Shown: positions 37,170-50,700 of the stretch, piece by piece | Layout of the letters: each line of letters opens with the position of its first letter | Position numbering within the stretch: position 1 is the stretch's first letter | NCBI GenBank assembly: GCA_052327205.1 | Contig: CM126220.1 | Coordinates: 30,628,001-30,692,000 of the forward strand | Source of the DNA: Somniosus microcephalus | Lineage: Eukaryota | Direction of reading: 5' to 3' | DNA: 64,000 bases | Program-made: the position numbers and the translations under genes | Notes under the pieces: generated by a model | What the model was told of the DNA's origin: nothing | Databases searched by the model: none | Seen by the model: the letters and a program-made list of their open reading frames with translations, nothing else

Positions 37170-38372
37170 CATAAGAACATAAGAAATAGGAGCAGGAGTA
37201 GGCCAATCGGCCCCTCGAGCCTGCTCTGCCATTCAATAAGATCATGGCTGATCTGATCCTAACCGCCAATCTACTATCACAGAACCATCTCCTGAATCTA
37301 ACAGAATTAGACACACAAAATAGGAGCAGGATCAGGCTACACGGCCCCTGGGCCCGCTCCGCTACCCACAGGGCCATGTCCGATCCGAACCTAGACTCAT
37401 GTCCAAATTCCTGCCTGCTCCCCGTAACCCTTCATTCTCTTTACTTCTAGGAAACTGTCTATTTCTGTTTTAAATTTATGTAATGATGTAGCTTCTACAG
37501 CTTTTTGGGGCAGCATATTCCATGGACCTACCACCCTCTGAGTGAAGAAGTTTCTCCTCATCTCAGTTTTGAAAGAGCAGCCCCTTATTCTAAGATTATG
37601 CCCCCTAGTTCTAGTTTCACCCATCATCGGGAACATCTTCCCCGCATCCACCCGATCCAACCCCTTCACAATCTTATATGTTTCAATAAGATCGCCTCTC
37701 ATTCTTCTGAACTCCAATGAGTAGAGTCCCAATCTACTCAACCTCTCCTCATATGTCCATCCCCTCATCCCCGGGACTAACCGAGTGAACCTTCTTTGTA
37801 CTGACTCGAGAGCAAGTATGTCTTTTCTTAAGTATGGACACCAAAACTGTATGCAGTATTCCAGGTGTGGTCTCACCAATACCTTGTACAACTGAAGCAA
37901 TACCTCCCTATTTTTATATTCTATCCCCCTAGCAATGAAAGCCAACATTCCATTGGCCTTCTTAATCACTTGCTGCACCTGCATACTAACCTTTTGAGTT
38001 TCGTGCACCAGGACCCCCAGATCCCTTTGTACTTCAGTACTTTCCAGTTTCTTGCCATTAAGATAATAACTTGCTCTACGATTTTTCCTGCCAAAGTGCA
38101 TAACCTCACACTTTCCAGTATTGTATTCCATCTGCCAAATCTCTGCCCACTTACTTAGCCTGTCTATGTCCCCTTGCAGTTTTTTTATGTCTTCGTCACT
38201 CACTACTTTCCCTCCCATCTTAGTATCATCTGCAAACTTTGATATGTTACACTCGGTCCCCTCCTCCAAATCGTTAATATAGATTGTAAAGAGTTGGGGA
38301 CCCAGCACTGACCCCTGCGGAACACCATTAGTTACTGATTGCCAGTCTGAGAATGAACCAGTCTGAGAATGA
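37170..38372 (-). mobile_element. CR1 LINE 3' part with intact RT frame and two tandem 3' tails
   Basis: ORF 37397-38416: [31 protein letters not shown]; tails at 37311-37400 and 37170-37264. Confidence 0.93.
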
Positions 38373-39019
38373 CACATAGCTCTATCATAGAAGCAGGGGA
38401 GTAACATGCATGACATGGTCTAACACTCCTGTTGTTTCAAAACCGTATTCTCCAATTCACCAAAATCAACACCACAGCGATCCAGTAATAATTATCATGG
38501 TTTTCAACAACATCATAGTTAGCAGTTGAACCTTTGCTTACGAACTTCATCTTGCAGATTGGCTTCTTCTTCTAGATCTAACCAGTGATTGAAACAGTGA
38601 CACCTAAGAGAACATCTCTAAATGCTCAGAACCAAACTGATATATCATTACAACCAGCACTGTTGGTCAGACTTCAATCTCTGTAAAAAGCAATGATGCT
38701 CCATGAACACCAACACTTAACAAGGAAACTGGGCAATTTAATTAAACATCAGAGGCTGTGGATCAGAGAGAAAGAGAGACTATTACAATCATGGCTCAGG
38801 ATTAAATGGCTTGTTTTCCACTCAAGTGATTTGAGTTTCACACTATAGATGATTTTCCAGTTGGTCATACTCATTGAAAACCAGTTATTCCTGGACCATG
38901 ATCATCATATAACATCCATTTGATTAATTTTAAATTACACTACTCTGTGTAACACTCTGTGATAGCAATAAAACGAGGTTTTACTGAGATGTGTGATCCA
39001 AAGGGATTATATTAGTACA

Positions 39020-39370
39020 ATTTGATTTTACATGTGTTTAACTATTGCATGTTTACCCATTGTGTGTTTATTTATTGCATATTTGTGCCATTGCATATTT
39101 ACTCTGTTGCATATTTACCCCATTTCATGTTTCATTGTTGCATACTTACCCTGTTGCATGCTGACCCCTTTGCATGTTTACTCTGTTACATGCTGACCCC
39201 TTTGCATGTTTACTCTGTTGTATGCTGATCCCTTTACATGTTTACTCTGATGCATGTTTACCCCATTGCATATTTACCCCATTTCATGTTTCATTGTTGC
39301 ATGCTTACCCCATTGCATGTTTACTCTGTTGCATGCTTACCCTATTGCATGTTTACCACATTGTATGGTT
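39020..39370. repeat. Degenerate ~16-17-bp tandem repeat (TTGCATGTTTACCC-like)
   Basis: Repeated ttgcatg/tttacc units; an internal ~160-bp duplication (catatttaccccatttcatgtttcattgttgcat twice). Confidence 0.8.
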
Positions 39371-39639
39371 ATCCTTTAGAGTGTTTATCCCTTTGCTTGT
39401 TAACTGTAATATTTCATCTAACTCTTTGGTGATATTGATTGGTTTGGAGGTATTCAGCGCATGAGAGGAATCGTCTTGTCAAGCTGTGGACACCATCTAA
39501 TACTCTTGCCTGTATACCTGCTACCTAAGCTCACTTGTGAATGGAACAGCAGTATAGCACACTGATCAGGAAAGGAATAGTGAGTTATCATGGATAATAA
39601 TATGAAATTTTTAGCAGTTTTTAGCTCTTTTAGTAAGAA

Positions 39640-40330
39640 AAATAAATAAGGCACATAGTTATATTAGCAGAGGGATAGAGTAGAAATCAAGAGGTTACAT
39701 TGTTGCTGTCTATGGCATTGATCTCAGTTTGGAGTAGTGTGTGTAGATCGTTTCCTAACCGTAGGAAGGATATTATTGCACATTGTTTACTAAAGTAAAA
39801 GGCTCAAACCCCAGTGGATGCAATTTAAAAGTTAGGAAATTAGGAGTTAAAAGGGAAGTTGGGGGAACTCTTTTACCTCAAGAGTAATAGACCTTACAGT
39901 CTCTCTTGCTCGCTCAGGCCCTCTGACTCCAGCCATCTCTCCCTCCCTTCAGTCCATCAGTGCTGGCATAGCCTTCAGCCATCTCAGCCTTATTCGACCG
40001 AGATCCCTCTCTAAATCTCCCTACCTCTCTCTCTCTTTACATTCAAAAGCCTTCTCCAAACCCTTCTCTTGACCGATCTTCAGTTACCACCCCTAACCTA
40101 AATGCTCAAGAGTCCATTCGCTTTCTTCTTCTGTGTGACAGATTAAGGATGTTTTTCTCTAAATCTAAGGTACAATATAAATACACATTGTTGTTTTAGA
40201 ATTGTGTAACCAGAGAAGAAATTGAGGCAAACATTAATTTGGTTTAAGAAACAATTAGATGCATTTTTGTAGAGAGAAGGGATTGAGGATACGGAGAGAA
40301 AATAGGTAAGTGAGGTTATAAATCTATCAA
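39640..40330 (+). mobile_element. Very old CR1 3' remnant interrupted by an L2 tail (~39900-40195)
   Basis: CR1-like gcagagggatagagtag..ttggagtagtgtgtg and tttaagaaacaattagatgcattttt; L2-like aaaagccttctccaaacccttctcttgacc. Confidence 0.55.
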
Positions 40331-42028
40331 AAAAAGGCCTGGGTTATTGGGTCAATTTGTTTTTCATCTTCCTAAAAATTGTTACATACTAAAACATCTT
40401 GATTTCTACAGGCATCTCCCCAGCCAAACTGTAGAACAACAGTGTCCAGTGTCACATAAAGTTAACGTTGAATTCTCTGTTTGAGGGCAGCCTCGGGAAC
40501 ATAGCGCTCAGAGCTTCTCAAACACTGCAAATCTGTCATGTTACTGTTAATATAAATGGCTACTAATATGCAGATCATCTAATAAATTGATGTTTGTATT
40601 GCACTATCTACTCTTAAGTATGTGTCTCACAAAGTGTGTAAAACATTATAGAAGATCAGGTAGATGCTTAACAGGGGCTGCACTGTGCTGCAAAATGCTT
40701 TATATCACCTCGAAGTGTACACCTCTGATAAAGCAGATAAAGATTGTGGGAAATTGACACTGAGCATGAGTACAGCATATCAGCAGTTACCTGCACAACG
40801 AGATATAAGAGCCAGCACACAGTGTCAAAGAGGCAGTTCCATTTTTTATGATAGTTTCCCATGGGAAAACTGCCTCTCAATAACACATTACAGCTTAATT
40901 TCAGGACTCTATAAATCTTGGGGCCGTATTGTGTGCCTCTGTGCTATAAGATAAAGAATACTGTACCATTGTGCTGATAAGGAACTCAGTAGCACTGGGC
41001 AGACACTACAACAGAAATAATGTTACATTTCTTAATATGGGACAACTTTGGAAAATTCTTGCACTTCAGGACGATTGAGCGAGCCAACATGAGCTGGGAG
41101 AGGGCTTTAATATCCCGGCATTAGCTGGGAAGAGGGTTTAACACACTGGCATCAACTGGGAGAGGATCCAACACACTGGCATGAGCTGGGAATGTGTCAA
41201 ACAATCCGGCATGAGCTGGAAATGGGTCAAACATCCCGGCATGAGCTGGGAATGTCTCAAACAATCCGGCATGAGCTGGGAATTAGTCAGACATTCCAGC
41301 ATTAGTTGGAAATAAGGCAAACACCTCAGCATGAGCTGGGAGTATGGCAAACAGCCCGGCATGAGCTGGGAATGAGTCAAACAATCCGGCATGAGCTGGG
41401 AATGAGTCAAAAAATCAGGCATAAGCTAGGAATGAGGGAAACACTCCAGCTTGAGCTGGGAATGAGTAAAACAGTCCGGTCCTCTGCTGGGAATGAGTCA
41501 GAGACCCCAGCATCAACTGGGAATCAGTAAAACACGTCAACATGAGCTGGGAATGGGTTGAATGACCCGGGATGAGCTGGGAATGAGTCAAACAATCTGG
41601 CATCAGCTGGGAATGCGTCAAACACCCCAGCATGAGCTGGGAATGAATCAAAAAATCCGACATGAGCTGGGAATGGGTGAAATAAACCGGCATCAGCTGG
41701 CAATGGGTCACACACCCCGGTATCAGCTGGGAATGGGTCAAATAACGCGGCATGAGCTGGGAATGGGTCGAACGACCAGGGATGAGCTGGAAATGAGTCA
41801 GACATCCCAGCATGAGCTGGGATTGAGTCAGACACCCCAGCATGTGCTGGGAATGAGTCAAACAACCCAGCATGAACTGGGAATTAGTCAAAAAATCTGG
41901 CATGAGCTGGGAATGAGTAAAACAGTCCGGTCCTCTGCTGGGAATGAGTCAGAGACCCCAGCATGAGCTGGGAATGAGTCAAATATTCCGGTTGTTGCTG
42001 GGAATGAAACAAACAATCCGGCATGAGC

Positions 42029-42111
42029 ATCAGCCATGATCTCAGTAAATGGCGGCGCAGGCTCGAGGGGCCGAATGGCCTACTCCTGCTCCTATCTTCT
42101 ATGTTTCTATG
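42029..42111 (+). mobile_element. CR1/HE1-type 3' tail inserted in the satellite
   Basis: atcagccatgatc..gcaggctcgaggggccgaatggcctactcctgctcctatcttctatgtttctatg. Confidence 0.9.
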
Positions 42112-44629
42112 AAATGGGTCAAACAATCCGGCATGAGCTGGAAATGAGTCAAACAATCCGGCAAGAGCTGGGAAATGAGTCAAATAACCCGGCATCAGCT
42201 GGGAATGTGTCAAATAACCCAGCATGAGCTGGGAATCAGTCAAATAACCCGGTATCAGCTGGGAATGAGTCAAATAACCCGGTATCAGTTGGGAATGCGT
42301 CAAACACCCTGGCATGAGCTGGGAATGAGTAAAAAAATCCGGCATGAGCTGGGAATGAGTTAAACAGCCCGGCATGAGCTGGGAATCAGTCAGCTATCCC
42401 GGCTGTTGCTGGCAATGAGTCAAACAATCTGGCATGAGCTGGGAATGGGTGAAAAACCCCAGCATGAGCTGGGAATGAGTCAAATATCCTGGCATGAGCT
42501 GGGAATGAGTCGGACACCCCAGCATTTGCTGGGAATCGGTCAAATATCCCAGCATGAGGTGGGAATGGGTTAACCAATCTGGCATGAGCTGGGAATGAAT
42601 CAAACAATCCGGCATGAGCTGGGAATGGGTCAAATAATCCGGCATTCACTGGGAATGTGTCAAATAACCCGGCATCAGCTGGGAATGTGGCAAAAACACC
42701 AGCATGAGCTGGGAATGAGTCAAAAAACCTGGCATGAGCTGGGAATGAGTCGGACACCCCAGCATTTGCTGGGATTCGGTCAAATATCCCAGCATGAGGT
42801 GGGAATGGGTTAACTAATCCGGCATGAGCTGGGAATGAGTCAAACAACCCAGCATGAGCTGGGAATGGGTCAAATACCCCAGCATGAGCTGGGAATGGGT
42901 CAAACAATGCGGCATGAGCTGGGAATGAGTTAAACACCCCCACATGTGCTGGAAATGGGTCAAACAATCCGGCATGAGCTGGGAATGATAGAAAAACCCG
43001 GCATGAGCTGGGAATGAGTTGGACAGCCCAGCATGAGTCAAACAATCCAGCGTGAACTGGGAACGAGAAAAAATCCTGGCATGAACTGGGAATGAGTCAA
43101 AAAATCTGGCATGAGCTGGGAATGAGTTAAACGATCTGGCATGAGCTGGGAATGAGTCAAACAATCTGGCATGAGTTGGGAATGGGTCAAATACCCCAGC
43201 ATAGGCTGGGAATGCATCAAACAATCCAGCATGAGCTAGGAATGATAGAAAAACCCAGCATGAGCTGGGAATGAGTCAAACAATCCGGCATGAGCTGGGA
43301 ATGAGTTAAACACCCCCACATGTGCTGGAAACGGGTCAAACAATCCGGCATGAGCTGGGAACGATAGAAAAACCCGGCATGAGCTGGGAATGAGTTGGAC
43401 AGCCTAGCATATGCTGGGAATGGGTCAAATACCCCAGCATGAGGTGGGAATGGGTTAAGCAATCCGGCATGAGCTGGGAGGTATGAGCTGGGAATGAGTC
43501 AAACAACACGGCATGAGCTGGGAATGAGTCAAACAATCCGGCATGAGGTGGGAATGGGTTAAGCAATCCGGCATGAGCTGGGAATGAGTTAAACAACATG
43601 GCATGAGCTGGGAATGAGAAAAAAACCCAGCATCAGCTGGGAATGAGTCAAACACTCCGGTGATCTGCTGAGAATGCATGAGCTGGGAATTGGTCAAACA
43701 CTCCGGTACAAGCTGGGAATGAGTGAAACAATCCAGTTCTCTGCTGAGAATGCATCATACACCCCGGCATGAGCTGGGAATGATTCAAATATCCCGGCAT
43801 GAGCTGGAAAAGGGTCAAACATGATCTCGGAGAGGATCAAAAAATCCGGTATGAACTGGGAATGAGTCAAAAACCTGGACATGAGCTGGGAATGAGTTAA
43901 AAACCTGAACATGAGCTGGGAATGGGTCAAATACAGTGGCATGAGCCGGGAATGAGTCAAACAATTCTGCATGAGCTGGGAATGGATCAAATACACCGGC
44001 GTGAGCTGGGAATGAATCAAACAGTTTGGCATGAGCTGGGAATAAGTCAAACAATCCGGCATGAGCCGAGAATGGGTCAAACAATCTGCATGAGCTGGGA
44101 ATGAGCCAAACAATCTGCATGAGCTGGGAATGAGTGAAACATCCCGGAAAGAGCTGGGAATGAGTGAAACATCCCGGAAAGAGCTGGGAATGAGTGAAAC
44201 ATCCCGGAAAGAGCTGGGAATGAGTGAAACATCCCGGAAAGAGCTGGGAATGAGTGAAACAATCCGGTTCTCTGCTGAGAATGGGTCATAGACCCGAGCA
44301 TGTGCTGGGAATGAGTTAAACACCCCGACATGAGCTGGGAATGTGTCACACACCCCGGCATGAGCTGGGAATGAGAAAAAAAGCCAGCATCAGCTGGGAA
44401 TGAGTCAAACAATTCGGCATGAGCTGGGAATGAGTTAAACACTCCTGCATGAGCTGGGAATTGGTCAAACACTCCGGTACAAGCTCGGAATGGGTCGAAC
44501 GACCCGGGATGAGCTGGGAATGAGTCAAACAATCTGGCAGGAGCTGGAAATGGGTCAAACACATTGGCATGAGCTGGGAATGGGTCAAACACATCGGCAT
44601 GAGCTGGGAATGGGTCAAACAATCCGGCA

Positions 44630-44787
44630 TTAGCGCCTTAAGAAAGGTGTGTAGCGTCTGATTTAGTGCTCCAATCACCTCCAGGGGCGATAGAAGCCAA
44701 GTTTGCAGTCGGAGGCGATAATTAACATTAGGTGCTGAACTTTGCACTCGGCTGATAATTGCGCCCCAAATGGGGCAATACCGAATT
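44630..44787 (-). mobile_element. Harbinger left-end fragment in the satellite
   Basis: Diverged reverse complement of ~3704-3861. Confidence 0.9.
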
Positions 44788-47700
44788 ACAATCTCAAAAA
44801 ATCTTGCATGAGCTGGGACTGAGTAAAACAATCTGGTCCCATGCTGGGAATGAGTCAGAGGCCCCAGCATGAGCTGGGAATCAGTCAAATAACCCGGCAT
44901 GAGCTGGGAATGTGTCGAACAACCCGGGATGAGCTGGGAATAAGTCAAACAATCCTACATAAGCTGCGAATGAGTCAAATAACCCGGCATCAGCTGGGAA
45001 TGGGTCAAACAATCCGGCTTGAGCTGGGAATGCATCAAACACATCGTCATGAGCTGGGAATGGGTCAAACAATCCGGCTTGAGCTGGGAATGGGTCAAAC
45101 AATCCGCCATGTGCTGGGAATTAATCAAGGAATCCAGACTGAGCTGGGAATGAGTCAAATAACCCGGCATCAGCTGGGAATGGGTCAAATAACCCGGGAT
45201 GACTGGGAATGGGTCACACACCCTGGCATTAGCTGGGAATGGGTCAAGTAACCCGGCATCAGCTGGGAATGCGTCAAACACCCAGCATGAGCTGGGAATG
45301 AGTCAAAAAATCAGGCACGAGCTGGGAATGAGTCAAAAAATCAGACATGAGCTGGGAATGGGTTAAGCACCTCGGCATGAGCTGGGACTTGGTCAAACAC
45401 CTCGACATGAACTTGGAATTAATCAAACAATCCGGCTTGAGCTGGGAATGGGACAAAACCCAGGCATGTGGTGGGAATGGGTAGAATGACCTGGGATGAG
45501 CTGGGAGTGAGTCAAACAATATGGCATGAGCTGGGAATGGGTCAAACACCCCGGCATGAGCTGGGAATGAGTCAAATAATCTGGCATGTGCCGGGAATGG
45601 GTCAATAATCATGGCATGAGCTGGGAATGGGTCAAACATCCTGCATTGTGCTGGGAATGGGTTGAACGACCTGGGATGAGCTGGGAATGGATCAAACAAT
45701 GTGGTCTGAGCTGGGAATGAGTCAAACACCCCGGGATGAGCTGGGAATGATTCAAATAACTCGGCATCAGCTGGGATTGAGAAAACACCCCGGCATGAGC
45801 TGGGAATGCGTCAAAAACTCTGGCATGAGCTGGGAATGAGTCAAAAAATCTGGCATGAGCCGGGACTGAGTGAAACAATCCTGCTGGGAATGAGTCAGAG
45901 AGTCCAGCATGAGCTGGGAATCGGTCAAATATCGCAGTATGTGCTGGGATTGGGTCAAGCACCTGACATGAAAACGTAGAGGGTCAAAAAATCCAGCATG
46001 CGCTGGGAATGAGTCAAAAACCTGGACATGAGCTGGGAATGGGTCAAATAACTCGACATCAGCTGGGAATGGAAAAACACTCAGGCATGAGCTGGGAAAG
46101 GGTCAAATAACCCGGCACATGCTGGGAATGGGTCGAACGACCTGGGATGAGCTGGGAATGAATCAAACAATCCGGCATGAGCTGGGAATGAGTCAATTAA
46201 CCCGGCATAAGCTGGGAATGGGTCAAATAACCCGGGATGAGCTGAGAATGGGTCACACACCCCAGCATCAGCTGAGAATGGGTCGAACGACCCGGGATGA
46301 GCTGGAAATATGTCCAACAAATCAGCATGAGCTGGGAAAGGGTCGAATGACCCGGGATGAGCTGGGAATGAGTCAAATACCCAGCATGAGCTGGGAATGA
46401 GTCAAAAAATCCGGCATTAGCTGGGAATGAATTAAACACACTGGCATAAGCTGGGAATGGGTCAAACACTCCAACATGAGCAGGGAATGAATCAAACAAT
46501 CTGGCATGAGGTGGGAATGAGTTAAACAATCCGGGATGAGCTGGGAATGAGTCAAATACCCAGCATGAGCTGGGAATGGGTCAAAACCCCGGCATGTGGT
46601 GGGAATGGGTCAAACACCCCAGCATGAGCCGGGAAAGGGTCGAACGACCCGGGATGAGCTGGGAATGAGTCAAACAATGTGGCATGAACTGGGAATGGGT
46701 CAAACACCCGGGCATGAGCTGGGAAAGGGTCAACAACCCGGCATGAGCTGGGAATAAGGCAAACAGCCCAGCATGAGCTGGGAATGAGTCAAATAGCCCA
46801 GGATGTGCTGGGAATGAGTCAAACACGCCAGCATGAGCTGGGATTGAATCAAACAATCCGGCATGAGCTTGGAATGACTCAAATAATCCGGGATGAACTG
46901 GGAATGGGTCAAACACCCTGGCATGAGCTGGGAATGAGAAAAAACCCCGGCATGAACTGGGAATGAGTCAAAAAATCTGGCATGAGCCGGGACTGAGTGA
47001 AACAATCTGGTCCTCTGCTGGGAATGAGTCAGAGAGCCCAGCATGAGCTGGGAATCAGTCAAATATCCCAGTATGTCCTGGGAATGGGTCAAACACCTGA
47101 CATGACCTGGAAAAGAGTCAAACACCCCGGCATGATCTCGGAGAGGGTCAAAAAAACCGGCATACGCTGGGTATGAGTCAAAAACCTGGACATGATCTGG
47201 GAATGGGTCAAACACGCCAGCACGAGCTGGGAATGAGTCAAACAATCCGCATGAGCTGGGAATGGGTCAAACAATCCAGTCCTCTGCTGGGAATGAGTCA
47301 GAGAGTCCAGCATGAGCTGGGAATCAGTCAAACAATCTGGCATGAGATGGGAATAGGACAATAATCTCGGCATGAGGTGGGAATGGGTTAAACAATCCGC
47401 CATGAGCTGGGAATGGGTCAAACATCCCAGCATGAGCGGGGAATGGGTCAAAAACCCCAGCATGAGCTGGGAATGAGTCATACAATCCGGCATGAGCTGG
47501 GAATGGGTTAAATAATCCGGCATGAGCTGGGAATGGGTCAAACGACCCGGGATGAGCTGGGAATATGTCAAACAATCCGGCATGAGCTGGGAATGAGTTG
47601 AATGACCTGGGATGAACTGGGAATATGTCAAACATGACCGAACGACCCGGGATGAGCTGGAAATGAGTCAAACACCGCAGCATCAGCTGGGAAATAGAAA

Positions 47701-50700
47701 ACAGCCCAGCATGAGCTGGGAAAGGTTCAAAAGCCTGACATGAGCTGGGAATGCGTCAAACGACCTGGGATGAGCTGGGAATGAGTCAAACAATCCGGCA
47801 CGAGCTGGGAATAAGGCAAACACCCCAGCATGAGCTGGGAATATGTCAAACAATCCGGCATGAGCTGGGAATGGATCGAACAACCCGGGATGAGCTGGGA
47901 ATGAGTCATACAATCTGGCATGAGCTGGAAATGGGTCAAACAATTCGGCATGAGCTGGGAATGAATCAAATAATCCGGCATGAGCTGGGAATGAATCAAA
48001 CAATCTGGCATGAGCTGGGAATGAATCCAACAATCCGGAATAAGCTGGGAATGAATCAAACAATCTGGCATGAGCTGGGAATGAATCAAACAATCCGGCA
48101 TGAGCTGGGAATGTGTCAAATAACTCGGCATCAGCTGGGAATGAGCGATCACCCAGGCATGAGCTGGGAAAGGGTCAACAACCCGGCATCAGCTGGGAAT
48201 GGGTCGAACGACCCGAGATGAGCTGGGAATGAGTCAAACAATCTGGTATGAGATGGAAATGAGTCAGACGTTCCAGCATGAGCTAAGAATAAGGCAAATA
48301 CCCAAGCCTGAGCTGGGAATAGGTTGAACGACACGGGATGAGCTGGGAATGAGACAAATAACCCGGCATCAGCTGGAAATGTGTCACTCACTCCGGCATC
48401 AGCTTGGAATTGGTCAAATAACTCGGCATGAGCTGGGAATGAGAAAAAACCCCAGCATGAGCTGGGAATGAGTCAAAAACCATGACATGAGGTGGGAATG
48501 GGTTAAACAATCTGGCGTGAGCTGGGAATGAGTCAAACACCCCGGCATGAGCTGGAAATGGGTCGAACAACCTGGGATGAGCTGGAAATGGGTCAAACAA
48601 TCCGGCATGAGCTGGGAATGAATGAAACAATTTGGCATGAGCTGGGAATGAGTCAAATAACCCGGTCTGAGTTGGGAAAGGGTCAAAAACCCGGCACGAG
48701 CTGGGAATGAATCAAACAATCTGGCATGAGCTGGGAATGAGTCAAATAACCCGGTCTGAGCTGGGAAAGGGTCAAAAACCCGGCACGAGCTGGGAATGAA
48801 TCAAACAATCTGGCAGGAGCTGGGATTGAGATATATAACCCGGCATGAGCTGGGAATGAGTCAGACATTCCAGCATGAGCTGGGAATATGGCAAACAGCC
48901 CGGCATGAGCTGGGAATGTGTCAAACAATCCGGCATGAGCTGGGAATGAGTGAAACAATCTGGTCCTCTGCTGGGAATAAGTCAGAGACCCCAGCACGAG
49001 CTGGGAATCAGTCAAATATCCTGGCATGAGCTGGGAATGAGTCGGACATCCCAGCATGTGCTGGGAATGAGTCAAATACCCCGGCATGAGGTGGGAATGG
49101 GATAAACAATCCGGCATGAGCTGGGAATGGGTCAATTAATCTAGCATGAGCTGGGAATGGGTCGAACAAACCAGGATGAGCTGGGAATGATACAAATAAC
49201 CCGGCATCAGCTGGGAATGGGGCACACACCCTGGCATCAGCTGGGAATCGGTCAAATAACCCGGCATCAGTTGGGAATGTGTCAAACACCCAGGCATGAC
49301 CTGGGAATGAGTCAAAAAATCCGGCATGAGCTGGGAATGAGTTAACCACCCCGGCATGAGCTGGGAATGGGTCAAAAAATCCAGCATGAGCTGGGAATGA
49401 ATCAAACACCCCAGCATGAGCTGGAAATGAGTCAAACAATCCGGCATGAGCTGGGAATGTGTCACATATCCCGGCATCAGCTGGGAATGGGTCAAACAAT
49501 CCGGCATGAGCTGGGAATGAGAAAAAACCCTGGCATCAGCTGGGAATGAGTCGGACACACCAGCATGTGCTGGGAATGGGTCAAATACCCCGGCATGAGG
49601 TGGGAATTGTTTAAGCAATCCGGGGTGAGCTGGGATTGATTCAAACAATCCAGCATGAGCTGGTAATGAGACAAATAACCCGGCATGAGCTGGGAATGGG
49701 GCACACACCCCGGCATCAGTTGGGAATGCGTCAAACACCCCGGCATGAGCTGGGAATAAGACAAAAAATCCGGCATGTGCTGGGAATGAGTTAAACACCC
49801 CGGCATGAGCTGGGAATGAGTAAAAAAACCAATGCATGAGCTGGGAATGGGTCAAACAATCCAGCATGAGCTGGGAATGAGTGAAACAATCTGGTCCTCT
49901 GCTGGGAATGAGTCAGAGACCTCAGCATGAGCTGGGAATCAGTAAAATATCCTGGCCTGAGCTGAGAATGAGTCGGACACCCCAGCATGTGCTGGGATTG
50001 GGTCAAATACCCAGGCATGAGGTGGGAATGGGTTAACCAATCCGGCATGAGCTGGGAATGAGTTAAACAATCCGGCATGAGCTGTGAATGAGTTTAACCC
50101 ATTCCCAGACCATGCTGGGGTGTTTAACAATCCGGCATGAGCTGGGAATGACGAAAACCCCCAGCATAAGCTGGGAATAAGGCAAACACCCCAGCATGAA
50201 CTGGGAATGAGACAAATAACCTGGCATCAGTTGGGAATGGGTCAAAAACCAAGGCATGAGCTGCGAATGAGTCAAATAACCCGGCATGAGGTGGGAATGA
50301 GAAAAAACCCCAGCATGAGCTGGGAATAAGGAAAACACCCCAGCATGAGCTGGGAATGTCAAACAATCCGGCATGAGCTGGGAATGGGTCGAACGAATCG
50401 GGATGAGCTGGGAATGAGTCAAATAAACCGGCATGAGCTGGGAATGGGGTACACACCCTGGCATCAGCTAGGAATGGGTCAAATAACCCAGCATCTGTTG
50501 GGAATGCGTCAAACACCCCAGCATGAGCTGGGAATGAGTCAAAAAATCTGGCATGAGCTGGGAATGAGTCAAAAAATCCAGCATGAGCTGGGAATGAGTG
50601 AAACATCCTGACATGAGCTGGGAATGAGTCAAACAATCTGGTCCTCTGCTGGGAATGAGTCAGAGACCCCAGCATGAGCTGGGAATCAGTCAAATATCCC

